A stretch of 64,000 bases of DNA from NCBI GenBank assembly GCA_048013815.1, contig CM106586.1, forward strand, positions 1,736,001-1,800,000. The letters run 5' to 3'. How positions within the stretch are numbered: the stretch's first letter is position 1; every line of letters starts with the position of its first letter. Origin of the DNA: Setoptus koraiensis. Its lineage: Eukaryota; Animalia; Arthropoda. The position numbers and the translations under genes are program-made. Below are positions 15,001 through 27,034 of this stretch, one piece after another. The notes beneath the pieces are model-generated. The model saw nothing but the letters and a program-made list of their open reading frames with translations, did no database searches and was not told the DNA's origin.

Positions 15001-18000
15001 GAAATTCCAGTGATGGTGCTAGTGAACTTGAGGCCTCTGCAGGTAGAAATAACGGCAACAACATTCGTTACGGTCTGTCACTCATCCGAATGCACCAGCA
15101 GCCCTCTGTTTTTTGTTATCCACTTTTGGTCATTTTAGTTATTTTTGTGCATTTAATGAGATTATTATTTGTGATAACGGTATTCAACACGGTATCCTAT
15201 TGCGAAACTTCAATCTTCAGCCATACTTGCTTGGCTGCGCACTTTATTAAGTGAATGAAGTTATGATTTAGCAATACGGCAAGCACTAAATATTTTCACC
15301 CATCACAACCCTTCTTCCCGAGCTAGGAACAAAGAGAAAAGAAGCGTAACCTTTGCGGAAACACGTCAACTAAGTTTTAGTTGCCCACATAACATTGCCA
15401 TACTACATTACTTTGAATTGAATTCAAGATAATCTCGATTCTTTATTATGAACATAGTAGTGCAGGTAAAAGTCCGCTTACTTTAGTTCGACAATAAATG
15501 AAGATAAATCGCCAGACATAATGGCGATCTTCTATTAGGTGGTAGTGATAGATTAATTATAATTATAGAAAAAAAAATATCAAAAGAAGCATTCACGAGA
15601 ACCTAAGTGACTAGTCATTCAAGTCATACCTTAAATGTGTGCGTCTTGTTGTGATTAGCTTGCCAGTTAGCCAGTGTCCATTGAGTTTGTTTTGATTATA
15701 AAAATAAATCATGCCAGTTATATTCACAGCATTGTTACGAAATTATTAGCCGCTCGAGAGGGGTAAATGAAGCATAATGAAGAGAATTGAAAACCACAAG
15801 TTTCCAAGTGTTGATTGTTCCGATAAAAAGTCGTGATATCGTGAGCGATCAGCTACGAAAGTAATTCACACTCTTTCGTCATTGGACTCTCTTCTAGATA
15901 TTATGATAATCCCCTTAACGCTGCTGACGACCACGCCACACCATAACACCAGCGGTCACCACTCGCATTCAATTTTATTTATATTACTTCTCATATTTTT
16001 GTCCTGATTGGTATTTACCTAAGCTCGGCAGTTAGCCAGGAAGAACCGGCTACTTCCGAGAAAATGTGCCGAGAGTATTGTGCGAATGAATAAAACTGAA
16101 TGAGCAGCATTCAGTTATGTCAGGCATCTTTTTGCATCCGTGTGATCAACAGGTCACTAAATCAACAATGACCAGCTAGCACGACGATTGATTTATGTGC
16201 GATCCAGATTCACACGACCGAAACCTATCGTTCCCGCGACTATTTCCCAATCTAGTAAGATGGTGACCATTTGAAACTGATGTGGTGTGCGCTTCATGAT
16301 GATGCTGTTATGATTAAGATATCATACTACTACGATGGTAATGTTATTTTCACTCTACTTTCAATTAGTAACTGAATAGAAATAACGGCAGAATTTTCAC
16401 TCAGACCAACTTTTCATAAAAGCGACGACAGTCCAGTAGTAGGTCTGAAGTTACAGCAATCTATTGCTCTAGTTGGAGGCTTCCCAGCTATCATGTGAGT
16501 GGTCCAGACTGGGCTATTACTGACGCTGATAATAATGGCGAAAGCGCCAGTTTGACGATGATTTTACTAGCCGACCAACCAGTCGGCCAGCGGCGGCAAC
16601 AGTGCCATAGGTAAATATCCAGTATCCAGTGCCCAGTTTGAGCAACCTGTTAGATAGGAGTCTGGTGTGTTGTGGATAATCTGTTCGAATGCGATCAGTG
16701 TGTAAGAATAATAATACATGTAGTGTCTAACGTAGCATAATGTAAGCACGCCGAAGAGTGCGCATTTGACTCACACGCCAGCCTCCAAAATGGTCGTATA
16801 CTTGTTGTTGTTGTTTACAATTATACGACGACAACAACAAGGTAACTGCGATCTCTGATCAAGTAAGCTTTTGCCGGTTTTAGTTGTGGTGATCGGCCGA
16901 TGAGGGGCGCTTCTGGCAGCTGTGCTATGCAACATGAGCTTGCTGTAAGGTTGGTGTCGTTTTATTTCATGTTGTTGTTGGTTGTTCTCATCATTGCCAA
17001 TCATTTTAGCATTAGTTGTTTACAAAAATGTAATGATAATGAGCTCAAAGAAAGCTATCCGTCAGCCATTTGGTTTGCTTATTGATGCGCCAAGCGAATT
17101 GGTTAGACGGATCGGATGTTCCCATGTCGATGTGTCTCATTTTGTATATGGCAGCTTGAGTAAATAGACACATTTAAAAAAATCACCCATGTGTGCAGCG
17201 AGTGTGTCAAAGCTAGCTTACAACAACTCTTGCACAGCACAACAAGTATTTTTACCACCATCAAAGTTGTTCGTTCAAGTCATTAGTTGTGTGTATCGCT
17301 GTGTCGCCCCTCTCTCAAGGACTTTCCCTTTGTGTATCGTCATTGGAAACAGTATGCTGGAGCGCAATATAATTCCATCAAATTGTACTGCTAATACTGA
17401 TGGGGGTGGGGGAAAGGGATTTCGAATGGACTCACTTTCACAGAATTGATGAACAACAACGAAAATAGAAACAACAACAACAACAACAAGTTTGTCTTGT
17501 TACTGAAAACGTAAACAACTCTCGGCATGTTCGCGTACAGCGCTGCCTCCGCTGCTACCACTGCGTAACTTGGTGCGACGTGTTGTCATGTGCGCCGAAT
17601 GTGCGTTTTCTAAACTTGTGGTTGCACAAAAACAAATTGTGCGTTTGTGCGGGTTTGTGGTGCATTTCTACGAGAAACACTTGAGAGATTTCAATGCATT
17701 TGGGAGACCTTCAAATCCGTGCGAGCGAATTGTGCGTTGGCGCGCTTGGCGTGCGGTTATGTGCGCAATGTGTGAAAGTATATCAACAAAATCGTTGCTA
17801 TACAGTAGTGAGAATACCACATCTACACGATGTAAATGCAACGCACGACTGCTAGTACAACACTGCACCATAAGGAAACCACTGGATGCATAGTGCAAGT
17901 TATAGGCAGGGGAGAGCAGGGGATCCAGCGCACACTTTAGTGCGTTTAACTGGTGGGAGAGCAGACTGCGCGCGACAACCCATAACACACTGACAATGTT

Positions 18001-21000
18001 AGTGACTAACATGAGAAGTGAGCTAACAGAATCGAGCCTCCGTTTGTCGGAATGAAAACTTGTATGATTCAAGCCCTGCTGTTACTTTTAGTGAGCGTAA
18101 CATCATTACAGTTTGTAGACAGGCAAAGTGTAGTCGACGACAGTCCATTTTATCACTGTTAATTTAACACTATCGTCACAAGCAAACGGTCAACGAAAAA
18201 CACCAATCCAATCAAAAGCGCCTATTAGCCATGCACCAGATGCTGACGCAATTGGGCGAAATTGCCGTGTCACGAACGAATGGAGTTCTATTGTTTCCAC
18301 CACAATCATAACCATAAATAATACACATTACATAAACGGAGATAGATAATTCCACAGGGACAGAGAAGAAACTTTGGTAAAAGGCAACATTGTTTGCGCA
18401 ACACACAAACTATATCACAACTTTCAAGGCCCACCAATGTTAAGAATATCATTGCACAGACTAAATTCACTAGCTCCCAGATTGAGCTCATCGGTCAAGT
18501 TGCCAGGCATACCAGCTGCATCCGCAACGACCAGAACCAAGCAAATTTATCACTATAACACGAGCTCAAAAAATCATTTAGCATTGTCAGCGGACAGGAG
18601 CAGAGATTCTCATGAATTGTTGGACAACAACAGCAGCATGACTGTTAATGTGAAAAACAACAACTCTCTTCTATTGGCCAGTCACAGCCGCCATGCAGGC
18701 ACTAGCGCCGGTAAATATGCGCCAGCACCCAGCGTAAACGCTGTTATGCCTTTTGAGCATAATCGCAACAGCGAAAACGCTTTAGATCCGTCAAGACTAG
18801 TGCATAACCATTCTACAGGCATTCACAACGAAAACAATTACGCACTCTCAGAGGAGCTGCCCAGGTTGCCTGTTGCCGATTTAGAGCAAACAATGGAAAG
18901 ATTAAAAGAATCCTTGGCACCCTTTGCCATGAATAGCCAAGAGTATGCTGAAGCATTGAATTTAATCGACGAGTTCCAATCGTCGGCAGGTATCAAATTA
19001 AGCGTGCTTCTTAACGAGAAAGCGAAACAAACAAAGAATTGGATGTCGCACGACTGGTGGCAGCATGAGACCTATCTAAGTTGTAGAAGCTCTCTCATGA
19101 TCAATTCTAATCCGGCCATGATGTAAGTTTTCGTTTGTGTACCTCTAATACAACTGTCGGGCATCATTAGATGACTCCAGTGATAGATTGCGGCTAGCTG
19201 TTGCACTTGTACAGTTAATCAGAATCTTGTTTGCTTCTTATCAAGTGTTAGCGTCAATTGTAGATAGTGCATTAAGTAGAGTGCTCATTTCAATCTACTA
19301 ATAGCATCGTTTAACTATTCATTGATAAATATCCACACGTAAACACTCGAATATAAAAAATTGCAGATACCCCAAACTGCCTGATAGCTTGATGGCAAAA
19401 GGAGGCAGTCAAAAGGTTAATGAGTTTTTGGCACGTCTCATTGCGGCTTTCATGGATTGTCGTGAGGCTCTTAGAACTGGAACAAATCTAGAAATAACAT
19501 CAGCAGACTCTCAAAAAACAACTAAACTATGTCTTGATCAATATACAAAAATATTTGGTAGCACTAGAATACCGGTTACGGGTGTGGACAATATACATAT
19601 CAAAGATGTTAAACAATCGCTCGAAACATTCAAGGTTATCATTGCGCACAAAAACAAATTCTATCAACTAGACCTCAGTAACATCATAAGCACTAATGTC
19701 GACCCTAATTTCCAACAACGACGCTTAGACACTATCAAAAGTGCCTTGGAAATCATTGAAGCCAACTCTTCATTATCTGATGATGAGCAACAACAGCATG
19801 ATGAAGTGAGTAGCGCTCAATCAGCTAGACCGATTGGCATTCTGACTTCTTTGCCACGCGATGATTGGGCAAAAGTATATCCAATTCTCAATGACGAGGC
19901 TCTAGAAGCCATAGATGAGGCACAATTTGTCCTATGTCTGGACAGTATCAAAGAGGAGCATAAAATACAGTCATTCCTAAATGACCATACTCATCAAAAA
20001 GTCCTCGGCAAACATATACTGCATGCCGATAATGAAAATATTGGGAATCGTTGGTTCGATAAGACACTACAATTGATAGTCGTAGTTGACGATAGAGTAG
20101 AGAGATTATTTGGGGCTGGTATCAATTACGAGCACACACTCGCCGAAGCGATACCCATATCCAAAATTATCGAATATACATTCGAAAAGGTGACCTCGTC
20201 CATGTTGGAGGAACTATCCAGAAAATCGGAATTGTCCGAAGCGAAGCAAATTAATCCATTAAGACAACTGAACGAAATACCAACATCAACAAGTGACAGA
20301 CTGTCATCCAATGGCTACTCTACCATCAAACAACTGTCCATGTTTGATGTGTATGATTGTGCCGATCTAGATTCCAAACTGCATGATGCTAAGCAACACT
20401 ACGACATATCCACAAGTCGTTTAGATCTTGAGGTGCTCAACTTCACTCATTATGGTAAGAGAGCCATCAAAGCGTGGCAATGCTCGCCTGATTCTTGGAT
20501 TCAAGTGGCACTATCACTCGCATACTACAATCTGCACGGCAGATTAAGTCCTTGCTACGAGAGTGTTAGCTTGCGAAAATTCGCTTATGGTAGGACGGAA
20601 ACTATGCGAAGTCTAACCCAAGAGGTGGCGCAATTCTGTCTAAATCCCAACTACGATAGCTTGCGACAAGCTGTAGCCGCACATAACTATCTGTCTAGAG
20701 CAGCATCAAATGGGCAAGGTTTAGATAGAGTTCTTCTGGGCTATAAATTAGCCTTCAACGAGGTTCTATCAGGTCAATGGAAATGGGGACTAACCTTAGA
20801 TTCCGATAATATTGGTGATTCATCTCAAAATCATTCGGGTACAACGTTCGACAGCACAAGAATTTTCAATGATGACGATATTCGAGTTACCAAGAATCTT
20901 ATGAACAACAAGCTGATCCAACGATCTAAACGATTTGTTCTGTCAACATCGCAAGTTAACTCAATATATCCTAACACATTTCTGACCTATGGGCCATTGG

Positions 21001-23448
21001 TGCCAGAGGGCTATGGTTGTTGTTACAATCCAACTAACGATCAGATTGTTTTTGCCATAACGGCAGATACCAGCAATCCTTCGCTAGATTGCAGTCCAAC
21101 CAAATACAAGGCTACTCTCGAAGAGAGCCTATTGCAAATGCAACTTTTGTTAAATCAAAACTATATATCTAATAGTAAACTGTGATCACCACTGATCTAA
21201 AATATTTTTTGAGCCAACCAAATCATGTCTTACGATACAACCACAAAAGAATCAAAAAAAGATCTAAACATAGATATCTTATGTTCTCTTGACACAAAGA
21301 AACTTCGAATTATAGCTGGTACCAAAAACGGAACTAATTTAACTATCATGCATGTTGTCGCATACAACAATAGTCACCAACTAGAACCTAAGCTTACAGT
21401 ATCATCATTGATCAGTTGTAATCAATCTTGTTAAAAACGTCTAACAGTCTATGAATGAAGGAGCTAGATTCAAAATGGAAACTTCATGAAAACTTTTGAG
21501 TTGCCCTGTAAACATCGATGAGTATTGAATTTCTGCCTCGAACGATTCGTGTGCTAACGCGGACTCATAACAACTTAGTTTTTGTTTAGTTCTTAAGTAA
21601 GAGCAACAGGGTTAGAGCTTCCCAATGAGATGATTGAAGGGATTGCTGACTGTTTTTTCATGATATCTTCTAACCTATGACGATAATGATGGCAAAATCT
21701 TAACGTATTGCGCTACTGCATGCTTGTTGAATTCACTTTTTTCTTATAGAGTTCCTCGCCACATATGTTGTTGCAAGTGATTTCGGCTTGTGATACGGGA
21801 TACACCCAGAGCCTAACAAGATGTCCCCTAGGAATTGTTTAGTTGCAATATTTTCATTTTATATTATTTCAAACTTATATGGTATAGGTGAGCACAATAT
21901 TTTGTTGGGATAGTCTAAAAAGTCTCGATATTATACGGTGTTTTAAATTGACCCAATTTTATTTTATCATCTTCCACAATTGAACACGGACACTTCCTGT
22001 TTATCAGCAATAGTGAATTGTGACGTGAAAGACTTGCTCAGAACCGGCAAACCAGAACTAGTGTCTGAAGAGTTTACTGTTGAGAAGCACCAGAGATATA
22101 AGGTTGGCCGTTCTACCTACAAGCCGGCGAGTTCTGACACGTCACGAAATTCAGTTGTTCAAGATGATGCTCGGCGTAAAGAGAAAACAATTATCTCTAG
22201 ACCAAGTGAACTAAACACTAAAAAATATCCTCTTAAGACCACCATGGGTCCCATTTTTCTATCTCCGGTGAAATCAGAAAGTGTGGCTCACAACGATAGA
22301 GGCTCGCAACCGACTGTCAAAGTTGGTCAAATAGGAATTGGGGACAAAATCAATGATAAGGAAGTCATTTTAGCTAACTATCGTGTTGTCATACCAATAC
22401 TTATTCCAAAAGTTCTGGTGCCTGTAAAACATGGTAGCATGGCTAGAAGCAAGTATGGTGGCGAAGATTTTCACAAGAGAGATCAGAAGATTAAATATGT
22501 CGAAACGAAACGAACGAAAATGGTTCCTATTCAAAGAAATGTTACTTACATTGAGGAGATCTATAAACCTGAGATGATCCCGCAGAAAATCGTCACTGAT
22601 TATGTCATCAGGGATCCCAATAATAAAAATCAAGAGAAAGTCGTTAAAACTGTTGTGAAAGATATCACCGAAGCTCCAATGAAGCTTTGATAGTAGCGAG
22701 TGGTTGTCATGTAAATGCTGGGCCGTAACAATAATAATAAATCAGTCTAACAGTGGGTAGTGGATAAAAGTTCATTCAGCTACTTTAACTACCTTGTTTA
22801 TGTTGCTGTTGGCTAGTTTTCGCAATTCCAAGATTTAAAGTAAAAATTTGCTTCCTCAACGATCCAAATGAGCAAATAACTCGATGATCAATCCTATCTA
22901 GGCTTAGATCTGCACTGTCATAGCATAGAACTTAACCTGTAATCTTTTATTTGTCTTTTAACACAATGTATTGATCTACAATAACATTAATAGGTGGACT
23001 CTCCAGTTACAAACCTTCAGCCCTGATGACAGTGGACACAAACGGCGGATTTGACCAGAAATTAGGCTCAAAAGATCTGAACAGGCACAATGAATATCTG
23101 AACAGCTTGCAGAATGGTCTTTCAAATAAATCTGATAAAAAGTCCACATCAAACGACGAACCATATACGAACAATAACGGAGTTATTTATGGTCAATCTA
23201 TAGCTCTCAATGGAATCTCGCCAAAATCTTACGGTCACAATGATAGTCCTACCGATGGTTTCAAGTATACTAAGTCAAATCATAGCAATATTTATGACGA
23301 CTCCACTTTGGAAATTAAAGCGGACACAAATTTGAACGGCCATGACAAATTCTCAAAAACTAATGACGGCGCCAATGATGATATCGACCTAAGGGAAACA
23401 ACAAATTGGTCATATGGCACATATGCCGCCCCTGAATTATTATTTTAG
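6480..23448 (+). CDS. Bifocal/taperin(phostensin)-like PP1-targeting, actin-associated low-complexity protein. Model join(6480..10233,12646..13613,13757..13856,22994..23448), 1758 aa, possibly 5'-incomplete
   Basis: All three junctions keep phase: aag|gtaagc...cctacag|ta (phase 1), cag|gtaaat...acacag|ctc (phase 0), tccg|gtcagt...taatag|gt (phase 1). Total 5277 nt is divisible by 3. The spliced product reads TFEGDNVIVGNGSLLIKRNKQ-LKIQFDDKSTITFEYPSEAS (RVxF-type KIQF followed by TFEYPSE, as in taperin KISF..FEYPSE and Drosophila Bifocal RVQF), then GGLSSYKPS, and ends ETTNWSYGTYAAPELLF. Family assignment is from recalled motifs, not a search. Confidence 0.7.
11836..11906. repeat. (GA)n microsatellite, about 35 units, in the 2.4-kb intron of the bifocal-like gene
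   Basis: Pure GA run. A second, degenerate GA/GAAA tract lies at about 12035-12100. Confidence 0.95.
12455..12500. repeat. Compound (TA)n(TACA)n microsatellite
   Basis: tatatatatatatatacatacatacatacatacatacacac. Confidence 0.85.
18437..21185 (+). CDS. CRAT: Carnitine O-acetyltransferase (choline/carnitine acyltransferase family). join(18437..19122,19367..21185), 834 aa
   Basis: Phase-2 intron at|gtaagt...ttgcag|a restores NSNPAMIYPKLP. Motifs: ELPRLPVADLEQT, NRWFDKTLQL, catalytic-His motif NYEHT, SPDSWIQVALSLAY, GRTETMRS, carnitine-binding LSTSQV, YGPLVPEGYGCCYNP. C-terminal SKL (PTS1). First in-frame ATG is 18437; the ORF-track start at 18374 is TTG. Confidence 0.88.
21821..22690 (+). CDS. 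Secreted orphan protein. join(21821..21887,22008..22690), 249 aa
   Basis: Donor atag|gtgagc and acceptor ttatcag|ca match in phase 1. The join creates a signal-peptide-like N-terminus MSPRNCLVAIFSFYIISNLYGIAIVNC/DVKD in front of a long, stop-free K/V/I/P-rich exon. AATAAA at 22736-22741. No recognised domain. Confidence 0.65.
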
Positions 23449-23898
23449 TTGAATTAATTGTAGATCATTTGTTACTAGACTGATGACAATTGCTGTAAAA
23501 ATTCAGGTATTGATTCTTAAGTATAAATATCTTGGAGCAATACAGTAATAAAGAAAAAATTTCTTGGCCAACTCAAAAGATAGCTCTGACAGACAAGACA
23601 TTCACTTGTGCCTTGTGCAGCATGTAAGGATGTTATGTTTGATGTTATCCTGACAACGATAATAAAGTTAGATAGAGTAAAAACTAGAATAAGTTGCTCG
23701 CTTTGTATAGATTATGGAGTACAAACTTTCTTTGAAGCTGATTCACACACGAGAACTTAGAGAGCTGCCACAAAAGAAATTCATGGGTAACCTTTATGAT
23801 TTTTATTTCTAGTTTTGATGAGACAATGACTTTATAGTTCCAGAGATATGTACACCATATATTTACAATCTCAAATTTTGATCTAGAATCTTTCTCGA

Positions 23899-24960
23899 TC
23901 AGGGTAGTACATCCATTAGTATTTGACGTGCGGTATCTGTTAATGCATCAGGAAATTTTATATCGAAATTGACTATTATATCTCCGCGTCTTGATGGTTC
24001 TTTGGGGTATGGGAGTCCGTAATTTGAAAGACGCTTAACGGTAGTCGGTGCAATGATATCTTTGAGATTGAGAGCAACTTTAGCACCTTCCAGGGTTGGT
24101 ACTTTAACTTTAGCCGTTCCAGAGAGTGCGTCCTTCAATGTTATCTTGGCAGTATATTTTACATCGTGACCCTCCCTCTGGAATATTGAATGAGGCTTGT
24201 CTTTGACTGTGAAGATTATATCAGCGGGTATAGAGTTTGGGCTTTGGTCGCCCTCTTTTTGAAATGTTATCTTAGTTCCTGACTTCCAACCTGGCTTCAC
24301 ATTGATGGTAAGTACTTTGTCCTCCATCACTGTTTGACCATTAGGCTGCGTTGTACGCCTTGTAATCTTCATTTTCTTGGTTGTGCCATAAAGGATTTCC
24401 TCTAATGTAAGGGGTAGATCTCTTTCGATGGGTGGATCCTGCTTGAGTTTCTTCTGCATTCCGTTGGAGGATCCAAAACTATGAGGTCCACCCATGAACT
24501 GGGAGCCCCCGAATTGATTTGATCTTGTGAATGGCTGACCGTCTGATGTATCCATTTCGGCAAAGCCGAAGATGTTTTCGAAAGGAACACCTGCACCGCC
24601 TGACATACTCTGAAATATGCCACCAAACTGATCGTCAGTTTGGAAGAACTGTTTAAACGTCTGGTATGGGTCGCCTTGAAACGTGTAAGAGAAGCTTCCA
24701 CCTTGGCCTGGATGACCGCCTCCTGCATTGGAGAAGCCGCCCTTGAGGCCCTCCTCACCGACCTGATCGTAGATATCTCTCTTCTTCTTGTCGGATAAAA
24801 CTTCGTAGGCCTCCGCTATATTCTTAAATTTCTCTTCTGCCCCGGGTGATTTGTTCTTGTCTGGATGAAATTTTAGAGCTTGCTTTTTGTAAGCTTTCTT
24901 GATTTCATCCTCCGTTGCAGTCTTTGAAATACCCAATTCTTTGTAATAGTCTTTGCCCAT
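23899..24960 (-). CDS. DNAJB4: Class II Hsp40 co-chaperone, DnaJ homolog subfamily B (DNAJB1/4/5 / DnaJ-1-like), 353 aa, intronless
   Basis: MGKDYY start, J-domain with HPDKNK, G/F-rich linker, no CxxCxGxG zinc finger, C-terminal substrate-binding domains ([15 protein letters not shown]; [13 protein letters not shown]). The exact DNAJB paralog is uncertain. Confidence 0.93.
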   Translation of the reverse strand: MGKDYYKELGISKTATEDEIKKAYKKQALKFHPDKNKSPGAEEKFKNIAEAYEVLSDKKKRDIYDQVGEEGLKGGFSNAGGGHPGQGGSFSYTFQGDPYQTFKQFFQTDDQFGGIFQSMSGGAGVPFENIFGFAEMDTSDGQPFTRSNQFGGSQFMGGPHSFGSSNGMQKKLKQDPPIERDLPLTLEEILYGTTKKMKITRRTTQPNGQTVMEDKVLTINVKPGWKSGTKITFQKEGDQSPNSIPADIIFTVKDKPHSIFQREGHDVKYTAKITLKDALSGTAKVKVPTLEGAKVALNLKDIIAPTTVKRLSNYGLPYPKEPSRRGDIIVNFDIKFPDALTDTARQILMDVLP

Positions 24961-25145
24961 GATGATGAACTTAGAATATTTTCCAGATGGTAGGCTGTAT
25001 TATTGCTTTATGGAAAGATGTTTGATGTTATTGCAGTAAACTGTTATGAATATGCTTGATTTTGAGATTATTTAAAATTAGGTTGATGCAAATTAAACTC
25101 GGATATGTTTATCTAACACTAGTCAGAATGTCAATTTGTGCTTAG

Positions 25146-25330
25146 TTATAAAGCGCGCAAGGAATATTCTAGCAAAGAACACAGAAGATTCTAGAAAACA
25201 TACTAGAAATTCTAGTCTAGAATACCCATTTTACATTTAGAATACCCCATGTGCGGCACAACTTGTGCTTAGAGAGTTCTCCTTCTAGAACATGCAGTGG
25301 GAAAAATCACCAGTTTCTAGAGAATATTCC
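25146..25330 (-). promoter_or_regulatory. Heat-shock element cluster plus TATA-like box upstream of the DNAJB gene
   Basis: Perfect three-unit nGAAnnTTCnnGAAn at 25183-25197 (aGAAgaTTCtaGAAa). GAAtaTTC at 25162-25169 and 25322-25329. TTCtaGAA at 25283-25290. Minus-strand TTTATAA at about 25146-25152, proximal to the elements. Confidence 0.8.
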
Positions 25331-25884
25331 TTGTCAGCAGTGCGCATTCATTTTGTGGGTCAATAGTGTTCTCGACGAGTTGATCCCGCCGCTCTATATC
25401 TCGTCTCAAATCGCAAATTACAAGTCCAAGTGTACTCCAAGTCAACAAGCAATCTGGTAATAATCCAAACCCATCTACAAAGATGGTTGCTCCGTTTATC
25501 TAGTCTCAAATACAGCAAGTATCCTGGTTTCTAGCTAGCAGAACTCATCTTCAGCTTATTTGAGCTTGTCTTTAGTAGGCTATGTTGCCTTTTTACACTT
25601 TGCAAGTGCAGCAAAACTATGAAACATGATCAAAACTGAAACTAGAACTGGAACAAAGAGAGAGTCCGCTGCTGCAATCGAGCCGATTTTCCTTCTTCGT
25701 TATCCGTCTAACCCTATATTTGACGGTTCTATTGAACTGTAATGAGAAATCAAAGGAACTCGAGCGACCCTTGAGGAAGGCACATTTTAAATTACCCTAA
25801 CAGCTGACTGCGACACCCATTCTATCATCAACTTGATCTTCTCCGCGATATCACTTTTTATACATACAATCATTTTAAACTAAA

Positions 25885-26733
25885 ATGTTATTCTTGCTGC
25901 CAAAGATATTCTCACGATCAAGATGTGTGGATTTCTTAGGAAGACAGAGTTTCAAACAGAGTGCGCGCTCTTTGAGTATTCAAAACCCTTTGAATAACAT
26001 TGTCGGACAAAACTGGAAAAAGACGATCGAAGATTTGGACCCAGTCCAGGCGAAATTCTACCATGAGGAACAACTGATCAAGGTTGATTACAACGATAAT
26101 GTTCTTGGTCCGTTGTCCAAAGGAGAATCGCATTATATGGAAACCGTTAGAAATAATGTCTTTCACCGTGCACTCTCATTATTTGTCTTCAATGAGTCCG
26201 GACAATTCCTCCTTACACAGAGGTCAGCAACTAAAATAACATTTCCAGAATGCTTCACAAATGCCTGTTGTTCGCATCCATTGTATAATAGACAGGAGTT
26301 AGAAGATGATGGAGATGCAATTGGAGTTAGAAGGGCAACCATAAGGCGGGCCAGTTTTGAGTTAGGTATTGACGAATCGGAAATAAGACCTCAGGATTTG
26401 AATCTCATGAATAAATTTTCGTATCAGGCCGAGTCGGACGGTTCTCTTTGGGGTGAAGCAGAGATTGACTATGTATTCATATTACACAAGAATCTCCATT
26501 TGCAGCCTAATCCAGATGAAGTTAAAGATTTTAAGTATGTGGACAAAGAAGAGATGCAATCGCTACTTTGCAACCATGGTAGCATGGGTGTTCGGTTGAC
26601 ACCTTGGCTGAAATTAATTGCTTCTGAATACCTTTTTAAATATTGGGACAACCTTGATGATCTAGATAAGATTGCTGACCACAAAACAATAGTGAGATTC
26701 AGGGGTATAATGCCGTCATCTTTTACTAGCTGA
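25885..26733 (+). CDS. IDI1: Isopentenyl-diphosphate delta-isomerase (type 1, Nudix fold), 282 aa, intronless
   Basis: FHRALSLFVFN, QRSATKITFP, TNACCSHP, WGEAEIDY and TPWLK motifs of IDI1, with an N-terminal Arg/Ser-rich extension. Confidence 0.95.
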   Translation: MLFLLPKIFSRSRCVDFLGRQSFKQSARSLSIQNPLNNIVGQNWKKTIEDLDPVQAKFYHEEQLIKVDYNDNVLGPLSKGESHYMETVRNNVFHRALSLFVFNESGQFLLTQRSATKITFPECFTNACCSHPLYNRQELEDDGDAIGVRRATIRRASFELGIDESEIRPQDLNLMNKFSYQAESDGSLWGEAEIDYVFILHKNLHLQPNPDEVKDFKYVDKEEMQSLLCNHGSMGVRLTPWLKLIASEYLFKYWDNLDDLDKIADHKTIVRFRGIMPSSFTS

Positions 26734-27034
26734 TTGTGATTGTTTGATACAACTTAATTAGAGTCGTATCCAAAATTTTATTTTGTTCATTTTAAATCAT
26801 CAAGTTCTTTATATATCTGTTCGATATGTATTTAAAAAGTCTATTGATAAAAAAACTCAATGTCTCTGTTAAACAGGAAATTTTTTGAATTTGGCGCATC
26901 AGAAGTGCTGCTGCCAACTCTAGCCTCATGCAATGCTCTAGATGTCTCACTTTATATAGATCGATTTATCATTACGAACAACAAAGAATATTTATCTTAT
27001 TTATCGAGCCTGATACTATTATATTTTCACCGCA

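Noticed and set aside
16294-16378. Possible intronic C/D snoRNA (ATGATGA...CTGA)
   Set aside because: No convincing terminal stem and no recognisable rRNA-antisense element. Such boxes are frequent by chance in this ATG/TGA-rich sequence.
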